Positions 12,900 to 25,689 of a stretch of 64,000 nucleotides of DNA are shown here, in pieces. Location of the stretch: contig MU058836.1 in assembly GCA_013265495.1 (NCBI GenBank), forward strand, positions 248,001-312,000, given 5' to 3'. Source of the stretch: Vicugna vicugna (lineage: Eukaryota). The number at the start of each line of letters is the position of its first letter. Position 1 is the first letter of the stretch. The notes beneath the pieces were generated by a model. It did no database searches and had not been told where the DNA came from. It saw only the letters and a program-made list of their open reading frames with translations. The position numbers and the translations under genes were made by a program.

Positions 12900-13029
12900 C
12901 TGAAAGATATACTGCATCAATAAATTAGAAAACTGGGCTTCACAAACACATAAAATTTCTTCCATCAGGAAGTTTCTGAAACTATTAGAAATCAAAAATG
13001 AAGCACACAAAGGAGCTTTAAAATGTGGC

Positions 13030-13100
13030 TATCACCGCAGGTTTATGGGCGGAAGTAACTTGCTCTTGGGAACCCTCGCCAGCTCTTTTGCCTGCGATTC
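13030..13100. promoter_or_regulatory. Promoter-like GC box/ETS composite (GGGCGGAAGT at 13047-13056)
   Basis: Overlapping Sp1-like and ETS motifs with local CpGs about 150 nt upstream of the exon candidate. Confidence 0.3.
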
Positions 13101-14799
13101 TCTTCTTGCTTTGGACTCCAGACTCCCTAATTTTCCTGCCCTTGCTTGGTTAAAGATTCTTGGCACCCTGTGCGACTTCCTTTATTTCCTGGTTGGTGGG
13201 TTGGTTCTGTAGTGACACATACTTCCCTAAATTGCATTTGGGTTCAGTTGGCTATTCTCCTCCAATCTTGGGTAGCCATCGTCCACCACGAAGGGAAGCA
13301 ATTCCTCTCCAGGCTCAGAAATCTCAATAACGTTCCTTCCCAGCAAAGGCATACCAGCCATCACTGTCCTACTGCCCCCTGCTGAAAGCTCCCTTACGTG
13401 TTAATCCATCCCATCTCTTAAGCCCTCATTCTACAAATGAGTTGACAAAAATCAAATGAGTTTAAATAAAAATGGGAACTGTGGTAAAACTCAGCCTCAG
13501 TCTGATGGCAGCCCGTTGGATCTATCTAGATGTGCTACAGTAGAGCTGACTGAGTGATGAGTTAGAGTCACCATATTGACTAAATGTCAGGACTCTGGAA
13601 TGAATTCAAGTTCTACTGTCTGAGTCCTTGGCAAACCACTTCTTCTCTCCAAGCATCAGCTTTATCATCTGTCTAAAGAGCTGGTTTGACTAGACATTCC
13701 CCAAGGTCCTCTTGCACTCTCAAGTTCTGGGGATCTACAGATCTCTTGTCAAGTTGCCTACTATTAACCCATAACATTTGTGTGTCATAGCCTGACCCAG
13801 CAATTAGCAATATAATCACAGCTTTGGAGGCAATGAAATGATGTCAGTACTTAAATCGGGCAAACTTTCCCTTTTTCTCTCCCTGCTTTTCCTCTTTGGT
13901 CTTCAAGTTCCCCACATTTTAATGTGTTACGGTGAAAAGTACTCCTTTCCAGCCTGAATGGCATTGAGGAACACTGGAAAGGTCACGACAGTGCCTGTCC
14001 TCAAGTGATCCAGCCCAAATTTGCCGATGCAAGAGCTTCACATAGTCGTCCCAACTTCTGGGTGCTCATCCAAGCCAAACCTCGGCGTCCTTGGACTTGG
14101 TCCCTCTTTTTAAGCAGGAATAAATTGAGAATTGTACTTTCTTTCTGTCTCAAAAGATCTTGGAAACTTTGAGGGTAAAACTAACCCATAAGTGGAAATA
14201 GCCATGCTCTCACATATAATATACACTGGTACAGATGTCCATTCATATCCCGGTGACGGCTGGAACTGCACTGCAGGACCCTGCCCTCTACCACACCATC
14301 AGGAGGAGGCCAGTTTTCTAGAATATGAGGATGTTGATTTAAAGGCAGCTAAAAGGATAAGGTCTCCAGAAGACAGCTGACTGGTTTCAGTGATGGCCTT
14401 GGCTAGAGTGACCCACTGCATGGTTTTACCCATGATCTGACCACAAAGAGCTGTCTTTTTTACATGCTGTGTTTGAATGGTTGAGACAGTTTGACAGAGT
14501 TAGGGAGAAAGGATTTAATTACCACAGATCTTTAAATGCTAACAGCTTTTAAATTTTTTTGCTATATAACATGCTGTATTTATGAGACAGTGAGGGGGTA
14601 GGGGTCCAAGGAAATGAAAATGAGGAAGGATTAAGCCGAACAGTAGGGAGCTCTGGCCTTGATAAGACTAAAAAGATTTAAAATTCCCAATTCTATTAGG
14701 CACTGAAGGCACCAATTTGTTTTCCAAAATTTTCCATTCATTCTATTCCAAGGTATGATGTCATACAAAGTCTAAACGATATGTTGATTCTGTCTCTAT

Positions 14800-15500
14800 T
14801 TACACATTGGTTCATTCAGTAAATATACTTATTGACAGTATATTCTGTACAAGGCATATACTAAGCATTGTGGACAGTGTAAGGATACATAAGGCATGGT
14901 TCTGGTTTTATGATCTCATTGTTCAGGGGGAGACAAAAGAGATATACCTATGACTATAATGTATCACTCTGCCTTGATTATTGAAGAATTAATTAAAGAA
15001 GAGACATTCAGAAGTATGCATCAGGATGCAAAGGAATGGAATCCCAGGAAGAGGGAACCGCATGAGGTAGAGACCAAAAGTACAAAGCTGTTTTAGAGAA
15101 TGACTGAATCAGTGTGGTCGGATGTTAGAAGGAAGGGAGGGGAAAGTCTTGGAAAGGTTGGCGTAGATTGGGGCAGGTTACAAATGAGTGTAAACCTCAC
15201 ATTGAGAAGCCTGGTGTTTATTTACTAGAAATGAGTGGTCAGTGATGGTGTGGGGCAGGGAATGATACGTTGCCTTCAGAACACTGATCTCAAAACTGAT
15301 TGACGAGAAGAGAGCTCGGGGCCCTGGCGATCAGTTACAAGGCCCTTTCAGTCGACTTAGTAATAATGACCACACCTAAGTAGGTAGCGATTAGAAGGCA
15401 AAGATGACTAATAACTACAAGAACGAATATGGAAGAATTAGGCACCATGCACGCAGAAAGGGATAGAAACTTCTAGAATCTTAAACTGGGGTGACAGAAA
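14800..15500 (-). mobile_element. L2 LINE remnant
   Basis: 'ttcattcagtaaatatacttattga...aggcatggttctgg' plus a downstream degenerate purine-rich L2 body. Confidence 0.6.
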
Positions 15501-15996
15501 CAATATGGATCCCCTAAGGGACAACCAGTGCAGGAGGGATCATCTGAACTCAGTTTCAAACATTTACGGCATTAAAAAATATTTCTCGCTGTGCCTACGA
15601 GAAATCTCCCACTTCAAACTTCGACTTGAACTGGGAAGTCGTGAAGTCTGGGGATACCTTCTCATCGTTTATAAATCCATTCTAAATCCCAGACCAGAAG
15701 GCAGATAGAAGCACGTCTTGTTTTCTTTGTCTCATCACGAACCCATTCACGTCTACTGCCTTATCCACGTTGTGGACACTAGTCAAAGCCGAGCGCAGCG
15801 TGGGTCCACGGAGCCTCTTCCACCCTTGCTTCTACAAAGATGCGAGTGACAGATCGAGAACAACCCACAATTGGAGAAAACGCACCCAGTCTGGATTGAG
15901 AAGTCATCAGCATCAAGCCCAGGGAAGGACTTTCTATTATCAGTGACCCGTGGGAATAAATGACTCCCCAAGGAAATGGTGTGTTCTCTGAATAGC

Positions 15997-16079
15997 TCAC
16001 GCATTATCCAGGTTAGTTTGATCATGCGGAGCAGAGCTGGTAGCGAGAAAAACTGCTGAAATGGTAGCGAAGACAAAGC
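15997..16079 (-). other. Candidate exon, possibly coding (G)FVFATISAVFLATSSAPHDQTNLDNA*
   Basis: Acceptor ttttctttgcatacag|GC; CpG-retaining unique sequence; 3' boundary uncertain. Confidence 0.35.
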
Positions 16080-17689
16080 CTGTATGCAAAGAAAATTCAG
16101 GGTACAGAGGAGATGAAAGTTTAACTCTTTAAATAGAAATAAGGAGGGGGCTTACAGCTTGAAATATATTTGCTTCTGTTCTTATCCCAGTCTAATGCCC
16201 AAAATGGACGAGGAGGCGGGGGTTGGTGAAAACCCCTGTCTCCACTTTCTAACCTTGCCCTGCTGGAGTCTTTGGGGCGGAGTTCTTAACCCACATGTCT
16301 GCTGGGAGAAAGCGGTGTTAGAACAACCCCAGGGAGGCTAAGAGCTCCTCCTCATTTTCTGGCTTACCCTTCAGCAAGTAGACCTCTGTTCAGAGTCAGA
16401 AGCATTCACTTCATCTCCTGTTTGGAGTTGCTTGTGGAAAAAGAAAAATCTGTACCCAAGAGGCAAATTGCAACTCAGCACACAGGTCTGGTTTGGCTTC
16501 AATGAAGTCAGTTGCCCCGTATCCTCTGAGTGCAACACGTCGTGGGGGACCACATCAGAGCTCATCACTCAGAGGTTTTCAGCCAGTGATGATTCCAAAA
16601 CAAGCACGAGGGCCCCCAGATTCGAGTGGAATCTGCCCCTTTCCTGGCCTTCCAGCAGCATTCAGGGAGGTTTTCATCCAGGTTCGCTGGGCGACACACC
16701 TGAGCAAAGACCCGAGCCGCTTCCAACTAATTAATATTCATGATTATTAACACCAGAGTCAGAAAGCAGGTCATTCATTCCACTCATTCAACACTGGTGG
16801 TTAATTACATGAATCACAGCTCACACTTGCATCCCAGGCGACGATGGACAACGCACTTCCGCAGTCATCGCCAGCATGGGCTCACCGCCCCACACCGGAG
16901 TTCTCTCCTCTTACAGGGGAGGAAACTGAGGCTCAGAGAAACTAACTGGTTGGTCCAAGGTCTCTCAGCAAGTTGGAGGCAGAACTAGGACTTTCATCCA
17001 AATCTCCTGAGTCTATAACCCTTGGATTTTTTCTTCTCCCTATCCCACACAGTAATTAGAGGTCATGTGCATAAATTGGTTACACGCACCAAGTCTAAAA
17101 TCCCACATAATCTCTCATTGTCCCAAATACACACTCAACACTGGGCCAGTTCCACTGGGGGAAAAAAAACCAGTGAGGCTGTTTCCTTGGCATGATGTGA
17201 TCAAAATGCCCAGTTGAACCACTCCACTTTGAGTGGGTATCTTGGCAGTGGGCCTTTTATTTATCCATTCCATATAAAACCAATATGCTCTAAGTGTCTA
17301 CACGGTTCTAGGTGTGATACTAATTACATGAGGCACAACTCACATTTACATCCCAGTTGATGGCGGACATTTTTTTTTTTTTTTGGTAACTTGTTAGATA
17401 ACTCAACTGGGTTGTAGGAGTGTTGAGAATGGTACTCCACAATGGGAAATGGAAACGGGCTGGTCAGAAACTGTCCTGAGGCCTCTGCTTTAAGGCTGCC
17501 CTTGAAGGTGGGCTGTGGATTTCCAGCACATCTATTTAATGATCCTTCGTCCTGCATGGAGCCTTGCGGAAAGAGGAATAAATATTGTTTTTAGACTTGG
17601 CACAAGGCCCCATCGACTCTGATCAATACATAATGAGATATCACCGAGCACCTGTTGCGTGGACGAGAGAGGCTGGGCGCAGGTGGGGA

Positions 17690-17900
17690 TGCAGAACTTT
17701 CCCTTGGACTTGAAGTCGGAAGATCTGGGTTCCAGCCCTGGCTCTGTCCTGATTCGTAAAATAACCTTAGACAAGTTACTTAACCTGTCTGAGCCTCAGT
17801 GTTCTCCTCCATCAAGTGGGGATAATAATGGTACCCATGCAATGTAGAGGTTACATAAGATGGTCAAAATTCTTTCTACTCCAGGAAGTGCTAAGGGGTG
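17690..17900 (+). mobile_element. MIR SINE
   Basis: 'gggttccagccctggctctg...caagttacttaacctgtctgagcctcagt'. Confidence 0.8.
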
Positions 17901-19507
17901 TAAATCATACTCCAGCTTTCTCTCCCAGTCTCCCGTTTGCTCGTGGACTAGGCGTGTGGTGAGGGCAGGACCGTGTCATTTATCACGCTCTCTCCAGCCC
18001 TTAGCACAAGGACTGACACACGGCCGGCGAGGAACAGGTTTTTATTAAACAATAGCCTGCATCTTCCCTTCCCTTTCTTCTATTTTGCCACTTTGCCTCC
18101 CCTTAATGATCTTCAGAACTCACAGTTGTTTTATTAGAAAAAAGCAAGGGGAGGCTGCCTTGGGGGGGATCATTTACACCCCCTTTCTCCGCCTTGCTTT
18201 TTCTCTAGGCTGGGCAGCAAGCTATCCTGAGCCAGCCGGATGAGCACACTGAGTCAGAGAACACTGATGACCAAGCAGGCAGCCACATCCCAGTCCCCTG
18301 GCGTAAGGGTGGCGATTGCAATTCCTTAAATAAGTGTAAAGCCTGACCAGAAGAGAGCTAAAAGTTTAGCCTGGCTGAATTTCGAACCCGCTGTAAGCTA
18401 GAAAAAGGACCAGGAAACCTCACCATGACACTGTATCAATAGCCCCAGTGTGAGAAGGCTCAAAGAGTCTGGCCTAAAGTTGAGCTGCCACGGCGGTGAA
18501 ACTGCTTCTAATTTTAGAAATATTAAATAACTGATAATGACACGACCTTGTTAAAGAACCATGTTGGGGGAAAAAAAAGAGACCCTGTTAAAAATAGCAC
18601 ACGATCTCTGGGCTGAAGAGTCCAGGTAATATATGGGTTCACATCCATAATGTAGGCTCAGAATACGGAGACACCTCCCATGGCTGCCAAATGCATCAAG
18701 CCCCAGGCTTGTGTGTGTTCTGGAAGACATCCACTCAAAGCACCCAGCAGGCATCTCTCAGCACCCTTAAGGTGTGAGAACAGATACGGGCACTGGGAAA
18801 ACAAAGAGAAAAAGGACAGTGTTCTTGTGCTCAAGGGGCTTGAAGTCTAGTCGTCAGCCTAGCAGTGACTCTGAAACACCGTAAGTTTAATAGGCGAGAT
18901 TTAACTGCAGCCCACAAAAGCTAGCCGGGGAAAAGCAGCCCCGTGGATCGCCTGGGAACGTCTGAAATGTCGCTGCTGGCATCATATCAAACAGGAATCT
19001 GAAATGCATAACCTAAATAAAGCCAGCCGGCCCCCCTCGGGGAGGACGGAGAAGTGGAAGATGTGGCAGCCCTGAAAGGTGGACAGAACCCCAGACAGCG
19101 TCCCCAGCCTGCCCACCCCCGCAGCCAGGCACCTCTACGGCTTGGCTACCTCGCCGATCATTAAATGCTTTTAGCAAAGCTGTCTCCGAGGAGTAACCAG
19201 CTTTGAAAGCCAAATTGAAAAAGGTCCATCTGATCATGTAATTGGAGAGAAAGTAGGATCCGTGCCACGATAACACATTAGAGGCATTTGGAGATGAAAG
19301 AAAGAAAGAGGTGGTCTAATAATTAGCAGAGGCCTGAGAGTGAGGAGATGGGGTGTTTCTGAAGGCCAACGCCGGAATTCACTTAACATCAGATGCCACC
19401 GGTCTCTCCTGATGTGACTCTAAACATGGGAAGAATTTGCCGAGCACACCTCAGCTAAAGCTCTTCTGAGTTTCTATCTACAAAACTTCCAAACATGCAG
19501 TTTAGAA

Positions 19508-21140
19508 GAATAATTCTCAGCAGGGGGCAGTTTTGTCCCCCAGGGGACATTTGGCAATGTCTAGAGACATTCTATTTTTTTTTTTTAGTGTCCATCAATG
19601 GATAAACGGACAATGAAAAAGTGGTACATGTATACAGCGGAATTTTTTTAAATTGAGGTAACACTGATTTATAACATTACATAACTGTCACGTGTACCAC
19701 ATTCTATTTCTACTTCTGTATACCCTACAGAGTGCTTACTACCAAAAAGTTAGTTTCCGTCTGTCACTGTACAGTTGATCCTCTTCACACATTTCACCCT
19801 CCCCCCTCGACATCCTCTCCCCCATCTGGTAACCACTACTGTGTTCTCTGTATCTCCGTGTTTGTTTTGGTTTGGTTTGGTTTCTTCATTTGTTTTATTT
19901 ATTTTGGTTTGTTTGTTTATTAGCTTTTCTATTCTACATACGAGTGAAATCATATGCTATTTGTCTCTTCATCTGACTTATTTCATTTAGCATAATATCC
20001 TCAAGGTCCATCCATGTTGTAGCAAATGGCAAGTTTTCATCTTTTTAGGGCTGAGTAATATTCCAAATATATACACACATCACATCTTCTTTATCCATTC
20101 ATCCATCAGTGGGCACTTAGGTTGCTTCCATGTCTTGGCTACTGCAAATAGCGCTGCTAAGAACATTGGGATGTATGTACCTTTTCAAATTAGTGTTCTC
20201 AAATTCTATGGGTAAATACCCAGAAGTGAGATTGCTGGATCGTATGGTAGTTCTGTTCTTGATTTTTTGAGGAATGACCTTACTGTTTTCCGTCGTGGGT
20301 GTATCAATCTCCATTCCCACCAACATTTGTTGTGTCTTGCCTTTTTGATGATCGCCATTCTGAGAGGTATGAGGTGACACTGTGGTTTTGATTTGCATCT
20401 CCCTAATGATTAGCTATGTTGGACATCTTTTCATGTACCTGTTGAATGCCTCCTTTGGAAAAATGTCTGTTTCAGCTTCTCTGCCCAGTTTTCAATCTGG
20501 TCATTTGGTTTTTTGTTGTTGAATTGTATGAGTTCTTTATATATTTTGGATACTAACCCCTTATTGGATATATTATTTGAAAATCTCTTCTGCCAGTTAG
20601 TAGGTTGTCTTTTTGTTGATGGTTTCCTTTGCTGTTAGTTTGATGTCGCCCCATTTGTTTATTTTTTCTTTTGTTTCCCTTGCCTGAGGAGACATATCTA
20701 GAAAGATATTGCTGAGACCAATGTCAAATAGCACACTGCCTATGTTTTCTTCTGGAAGTTTTATGGTTTCAGGTCTTACATTCAAGTCTTTGTTCCAGTT
20801 TGAGTTAATTTAGGGGTAGAGTGTGACATAGTGGTCATTCCATTTTTTTGGCATGTGGCTGTCCAGTTTTCCCACCACCACTTATTAAAGAGACTGTCCT
20901 TTCTCTACTTTGTGTCCTTTGCTCTTTTGTCATAAATTAATTGTCCATATAAGCATGAGTTTATTTCTGGCCTTTCAATTCTGTTGTCTGGAGACATTTT
21001 TGCTTATCATGACTGTGGAGTGATTTTCTCCAACATCTAATGGGTACAGAACAGGGGTACTGCTCAATTCCCTCGAATGCAAAACACAACAGAGAATTAT
21101 TTAGCCCAAATGTCAATAGTGCTGAGGTTGAAATTCCCTG
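19508..21140 (-). mobile_element. MER20 DNA transposon split by an L1 insertion (pieces 19508-19571 and 20985-21140)
   Basis: 'gggggcagttttgtcccccaggggacatttggcaatgtctagagacatt' and 'gcccaaatgtcaatagtgctgaggttga'. Confidence 0.85.
19575..20984 (-). mobile_element. 5'-truncated L1 (L1MA-like ORF2 end plus 3'UTR)
   Basis: ORF-track fragments [16 protein letters not shown] and MQIKTT; TSD tgtct(a/g)gagacatt at 19558-19571 and 20985-20998. Confidence 0.9.
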
Positions 21141-22152
21141 CTTTAGAATCATAGGTGTTTTATGAACTTTCATCTTTTAGATTCTTAGTCTATTTAATTT
21201 CTCTTATGTTCAGCAACACCCATTTAAAACAAAATTAAATGGTTTACCTTATCATCATTACAGTCATGAAAAAGTTCTAGCAATTAAAAAGATGCTCCAG
21301 TGGTGCTGACTCATCTCCATTAGGGGGTCTTATAGGATGGAGAGCTTGGGGCTGGGGAAGGAGCTACTGTAACACAGTCAGAGTCAAATAGTTTGAGATT
21401 TCACTTTGTTCCTGATTTTGAGACCACCCAAGGACCTGCCAGACACTTCCAAGACCTCACAGCCTGAAACAGTGTTTTGGAAAAGTCAAATGTAAGGATG
21501 TGTTGTATCCTATTTGCTGGGAGTGGGAAGGACCACACCACTGCCTGACAAGGTCTGAGTTGGTAGACTGGATTACGTGACTCCTTGCAACCTTCAGTGG
21601 CTGTCCACTGCACACGGGACAAAATACTATGCCATTCTCCTCCATCTGGCTCCTGCCTGTCTCTCTAATCATATCGTCTGCCGGATCTTCCCAACTCACA
21701 TCTCTTACCTCAGTCATACTGGAGTTCATGTCTTGCCCAGGACGTAACACTCCTGTCATGCTTCCTTTCTTGTTTTTTAAATCTGGAAACTTTCTTTTGC
21801 CAGCAAGGTCCTCCACTTTGCTCTTCATCTAACTCCTAGAATTCACCAAGACTTATCTCAAACATCAACCACTTGAAGAAGCATTTTCTCACCTTATACC
21901 TACCCTTGCCCAACGCCCCAGCTTGAGTCTAGTGTCTCCCTTGTGGCCACCCAGAAGCCCCTGTACCTACTGCCAATATAACACCTGCACCCATCATCCT
22001 GGATTTCAACTAGTTGCACATGGTCTCTGAGCATTGTGAACAGAGACAGTTTCCTGTTCATCTCTGTCTGGACAGCAACCCCTCTACCCACTCCAGACCT
22101 AGCGCAGGGCTTGGGTCACTAAAAAGTTTTCAAGAACTCTTTGGGGAAGGAA

Positions 22153-22410
22153 TAAAAGAAGAGAGAAAGAGAGAGACTCAGAGACAGAGACAGAGAGAGA
22201 GAGAGAGAGAGAGAAACAAAGAACGAAAAGAAAAGGATGGGAGGAACGTAGCAGGGAAGGAGGGAAGGAGGGCAAGGGACCGGAGAAAAAGAAAGAGAAT
22301 GAAGGAGGGGAGAAAGCAGGCTGGGATAGGGAAAGGAGGTGATGGGAGGGGAGGGAGGGAGGGAGAAAGAGGGAGAAAGGGAAGGGGGAGGAAAGGGAGG
22401 GAAGGAAGAG
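22153..22410. repeat. Polypurine (GA/GGAA/GGGA) low-complexity tract
   Basis: Almost purely A/G on the plus strand. Confidence 0.9.
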
Positions 22411-24489
22411 CTGTGCTCTTGTCCCTTGCTCAGAAAAGATTTCTCTGATCTCGAAGATTTAAGACAAATCCCTGCATTAGTATTTTTAAGGATCCCGTAA
22501 TTCTTTCATAGCACTCGCCATGTTTGTGATGTTAGATGCATTTGCATGATTATTTACTGCAATGTTGTACGATGTTGTAAGTCCCATGCGGTCCGCATCT
22601 GTGTTTTCACACACTATTGTGGCTCCAGTACACAAGTGTGTCTGTAAGAATTATTTGCTAAATAAATGAAAGGGTGGGCAGACTGGTTGAGCAGGGCCAG
22701 CCGCTAATTTTATTAATAAAACGTCAGCCTCTTTGTCTTTTAGAAATAGGTCTGGGAGTTTAGCTTTGGTCTTTTTACCTCCACCTAAATTTGTCCGTGT
22801 GAAAAAACTTCTGCTTCTGGGTAGAAGAACTGTTCTAAAGCATTCGAGACAGTGGCATATACATTCTCACTTTAAAAATTCAATCCCAGGAGCAATTTAT
22901 TACAGGGAAATTTCCTGGACTCCAAGAAGCACCTTGAAGTCAGGAGATGATTAATTTGATATAACTGAAGAGCTGCAAACATCTGCTCCCTGTTGACATC
23001 TGCCTCTCATTAGATTACAGCCCCCGTCTCCCCTGCATCGGGGGGCTGGCTTGTGTGTTGATCTGGTAACTCTAATTATATGGTAAGCCCGGTGCTCAAG
23101 GCCCTTGTGCCAGCCACCTGGTGGGGGATCAATAGGAACTCGCTCTGTTGCATTGTACTCCAGACCCTCCCTGAGCACTTGGTAAGCCCTCCGTCACTCC
23201 TAAATAATAGAAGTAAAAACACAGTCATGAGTTTGGCGAGCACATTTTCATCTTGCAGCCCTGGTTAAGGCTGCATCTGGAGGAACCCAAGCATTTGGTT
23301 GATTTGAGAAAACAAATCAGTTCTATGAAAACTCTTCCAAATCTGTTATTTGGGCGTCAGATTTTATAATCGCTCTTTCATTGATATCCCTTACTCTATT
23401 AGCTTGTTTCCACAGGTTCTCCTATTAGTGTAACTGTCCTAAAATATGTCTCTGGTACTAAACCACCCCATTCAGAAACCTCAGAGGCTCTGCCTTGCCC
23501 ATCAGCACATGCCACCTTATTAAATTTGACTTCTGAGCCCTCCACTGCCTGCAGTAACCTAACTTCTGTCCCAATGCTTTCCTTCCAGCAGCCTTGTCTT
23601 TTGTCGCCCACTGTGCCCCTCTTGCTTCCCAGATCTGCTCATGCTCTTCCCCTTTTATACCTCAGTGTAAACTCAAGGTAAAGCCCTATGCCCTGTCGCG
23701 CCATCTTGACACAGGACATCAACCCAGACCCAAAAGCGTAAAACGAATTAAATGTTTACAGCAGTCTTTCACAAAGACACCGAAAGGGACAACATGCTCA
23801 TAACATAGAAAAAGTCTGAAAACCTGTCTCTCCCCATTCTTTTTTCTCATTTTCTCCCCTGCATCAAGGCTGACCCAAAGGCTCTCTCCTCCTGGATTCT
23901 CAGCCCCTCTTCCAAGGTCGCCTTTGAGCCCACATCAGTTTCCTCTGTCTCCCTGCTTGGCTAAGGTCTTCATATCCACAGCATTTCAGCCCTCCTCTCT
24001 TCTTTGAATTTCCCTGTAAAAGCCCCATAGTTAATCCAACAAGCCAATATTCTTCATGAGAAGACAGGGTAAGAAGAGAAGACTGAAAAAAAACCTTTTT
24101 TTTTTAATATACTTTGTCTTCTTTCTGTATCACGGAACATGCACACCCTGCGTGAAATGCCCTTTGCCCATTTCTAGTTGTTAATATTCCACTTGATCAC
24201 CAAAGCCCAGAACAAGATCCTTCCTCCTTGAAGTGCTCCATAATATCTCCTGAGAGCACTTTGCACACAATGTCTCGACTTTTAGCTTTGGGTGTAAATA
24301 TCTTATTTCTGCTTTTGAAAACTGGGACTCAAGATCATCAGGCCAACCCTTATTTACCTTGCAATACTCAGCGAATACTCGCTTCCTGGGAAATGACTTT
24401 CCACACATACTTTCCATCTTTGGTTTGGCCATCTCTTTGATGCCACAGAAACCAGTCATAACTTGACACAGCACAATGAAATGCGGTGG

Positions 24490-24855
24490 AAATCTTCATC
24501 CATTCAGGCTGCTATAACACATTATCACAAACGAGGGAGCTTGAATACAACAGAAATGTATTTTTTACCGTCCTGGAGTCTGTGAAGTCCAAGGCAAAGG
24601 CTCTGGCAGCTTCAGCGTCTGATGGGCACCCTCTTCTTCACTCACAGGTGGCTGTCTCTTTGCTGGGTCTTCACATGGTGAAGGGGTAAGTGAGATTTCT
24701 GGGGTCTCTTTTATAATGGTACTAACCTTAGTCATGAGGGCCTCATCCTTATGACCTAATCACTTCCCCAAGATCCCACCTCCAAATACCAACATATTGG
24801 GCATTAGATTTTAATATATGAATTCGAAGAGAGATAAATATTCAGTCTACAGTAG
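24490..24855 (-). mobile_element. MaLR LTR (MLT1A-like)
   Basis: 'caggctgctataaca...gaagtccaagg...atgacctaatcacttcccc...ccacctccaaatacc'. Confidence 0.85.
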
Positions 24856-25689
24856 TGGATTTTTTACATATCTACATTGTCTCCTCTCGCTCCAAATGCA
24901 CGTATGCCTTTAAAACAGAGAAATCTGTTATTCATCTTACACCCCCAAATTTATCCAAGCACATGGCCAAAGGGATATTCTCAGAAAATGTTATCCAATG
25001 AACCGTGTGCTAACTTGTGTATTGCCCACAACACAGTGCTCTGCTCTACCCATAGTGGGTGCTCAAAAAATATATCTGGAATTGAATTAAGCATCCATGG
25101 AACATTCCACTTGGTCAAATTTCCTCTTTTTGACATAGCTTTGTCTGCATGGTGGTCTAAAAATGTTTTCAAAGTTAAAAAAAAATGGTGGAGGGAAAAC
25201 AAAGGATTAAAAGTAAACTGGTTTGACCAGTTCCTTTCCCTCTGGATACAAAGCCAAGCTGGGAGCTTTGTCTGAGGAAAAAGCCACTAGGCTGAGTGTG
25301 GGTTCTTCTTCTGTAACCTGCAAGTCTGCAACACCTTTCATTTCTGCGTTAGAATATTCTGTTATATTAGGCTCATGTGGCTCCTTAGGTTAATGGTGAC
25401 AGAAAATGTGACCCCAGGGCCGCATAACTGCAAATACTTCTGGCCTAGACACTGGAACAGATTGATACGACTGGCAAACCCCACCTATGCTGCTCTTTGT
25501 AAGAGGGTGGAGAAAATACAATGATTAAACGTAATCACTCTTTTCCTTTGTGCAATTAATCTCCAGCACCCCTTGACTGCTCTCCAAGCTCCATACCTTA
25601 CACCCAACCCATGGAGATGGCCCCATTGATTATGCTCCCAATGTATAAAGGCGTCTCCCCCCCCCCACCAAATGCATTAATTCTTTTGA

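Noticed and set aside
16368..16430. Small minus-strand exon-like segment (donor GG|gtaagc)
   Set aside because: Ambiguous acceptor and stops in all frames; cannot be distinguished from chance
22014..22448. 144-aa R/E/G/K-rich ORF
   Set aside because: Translation of a polypurine low-complexity tract
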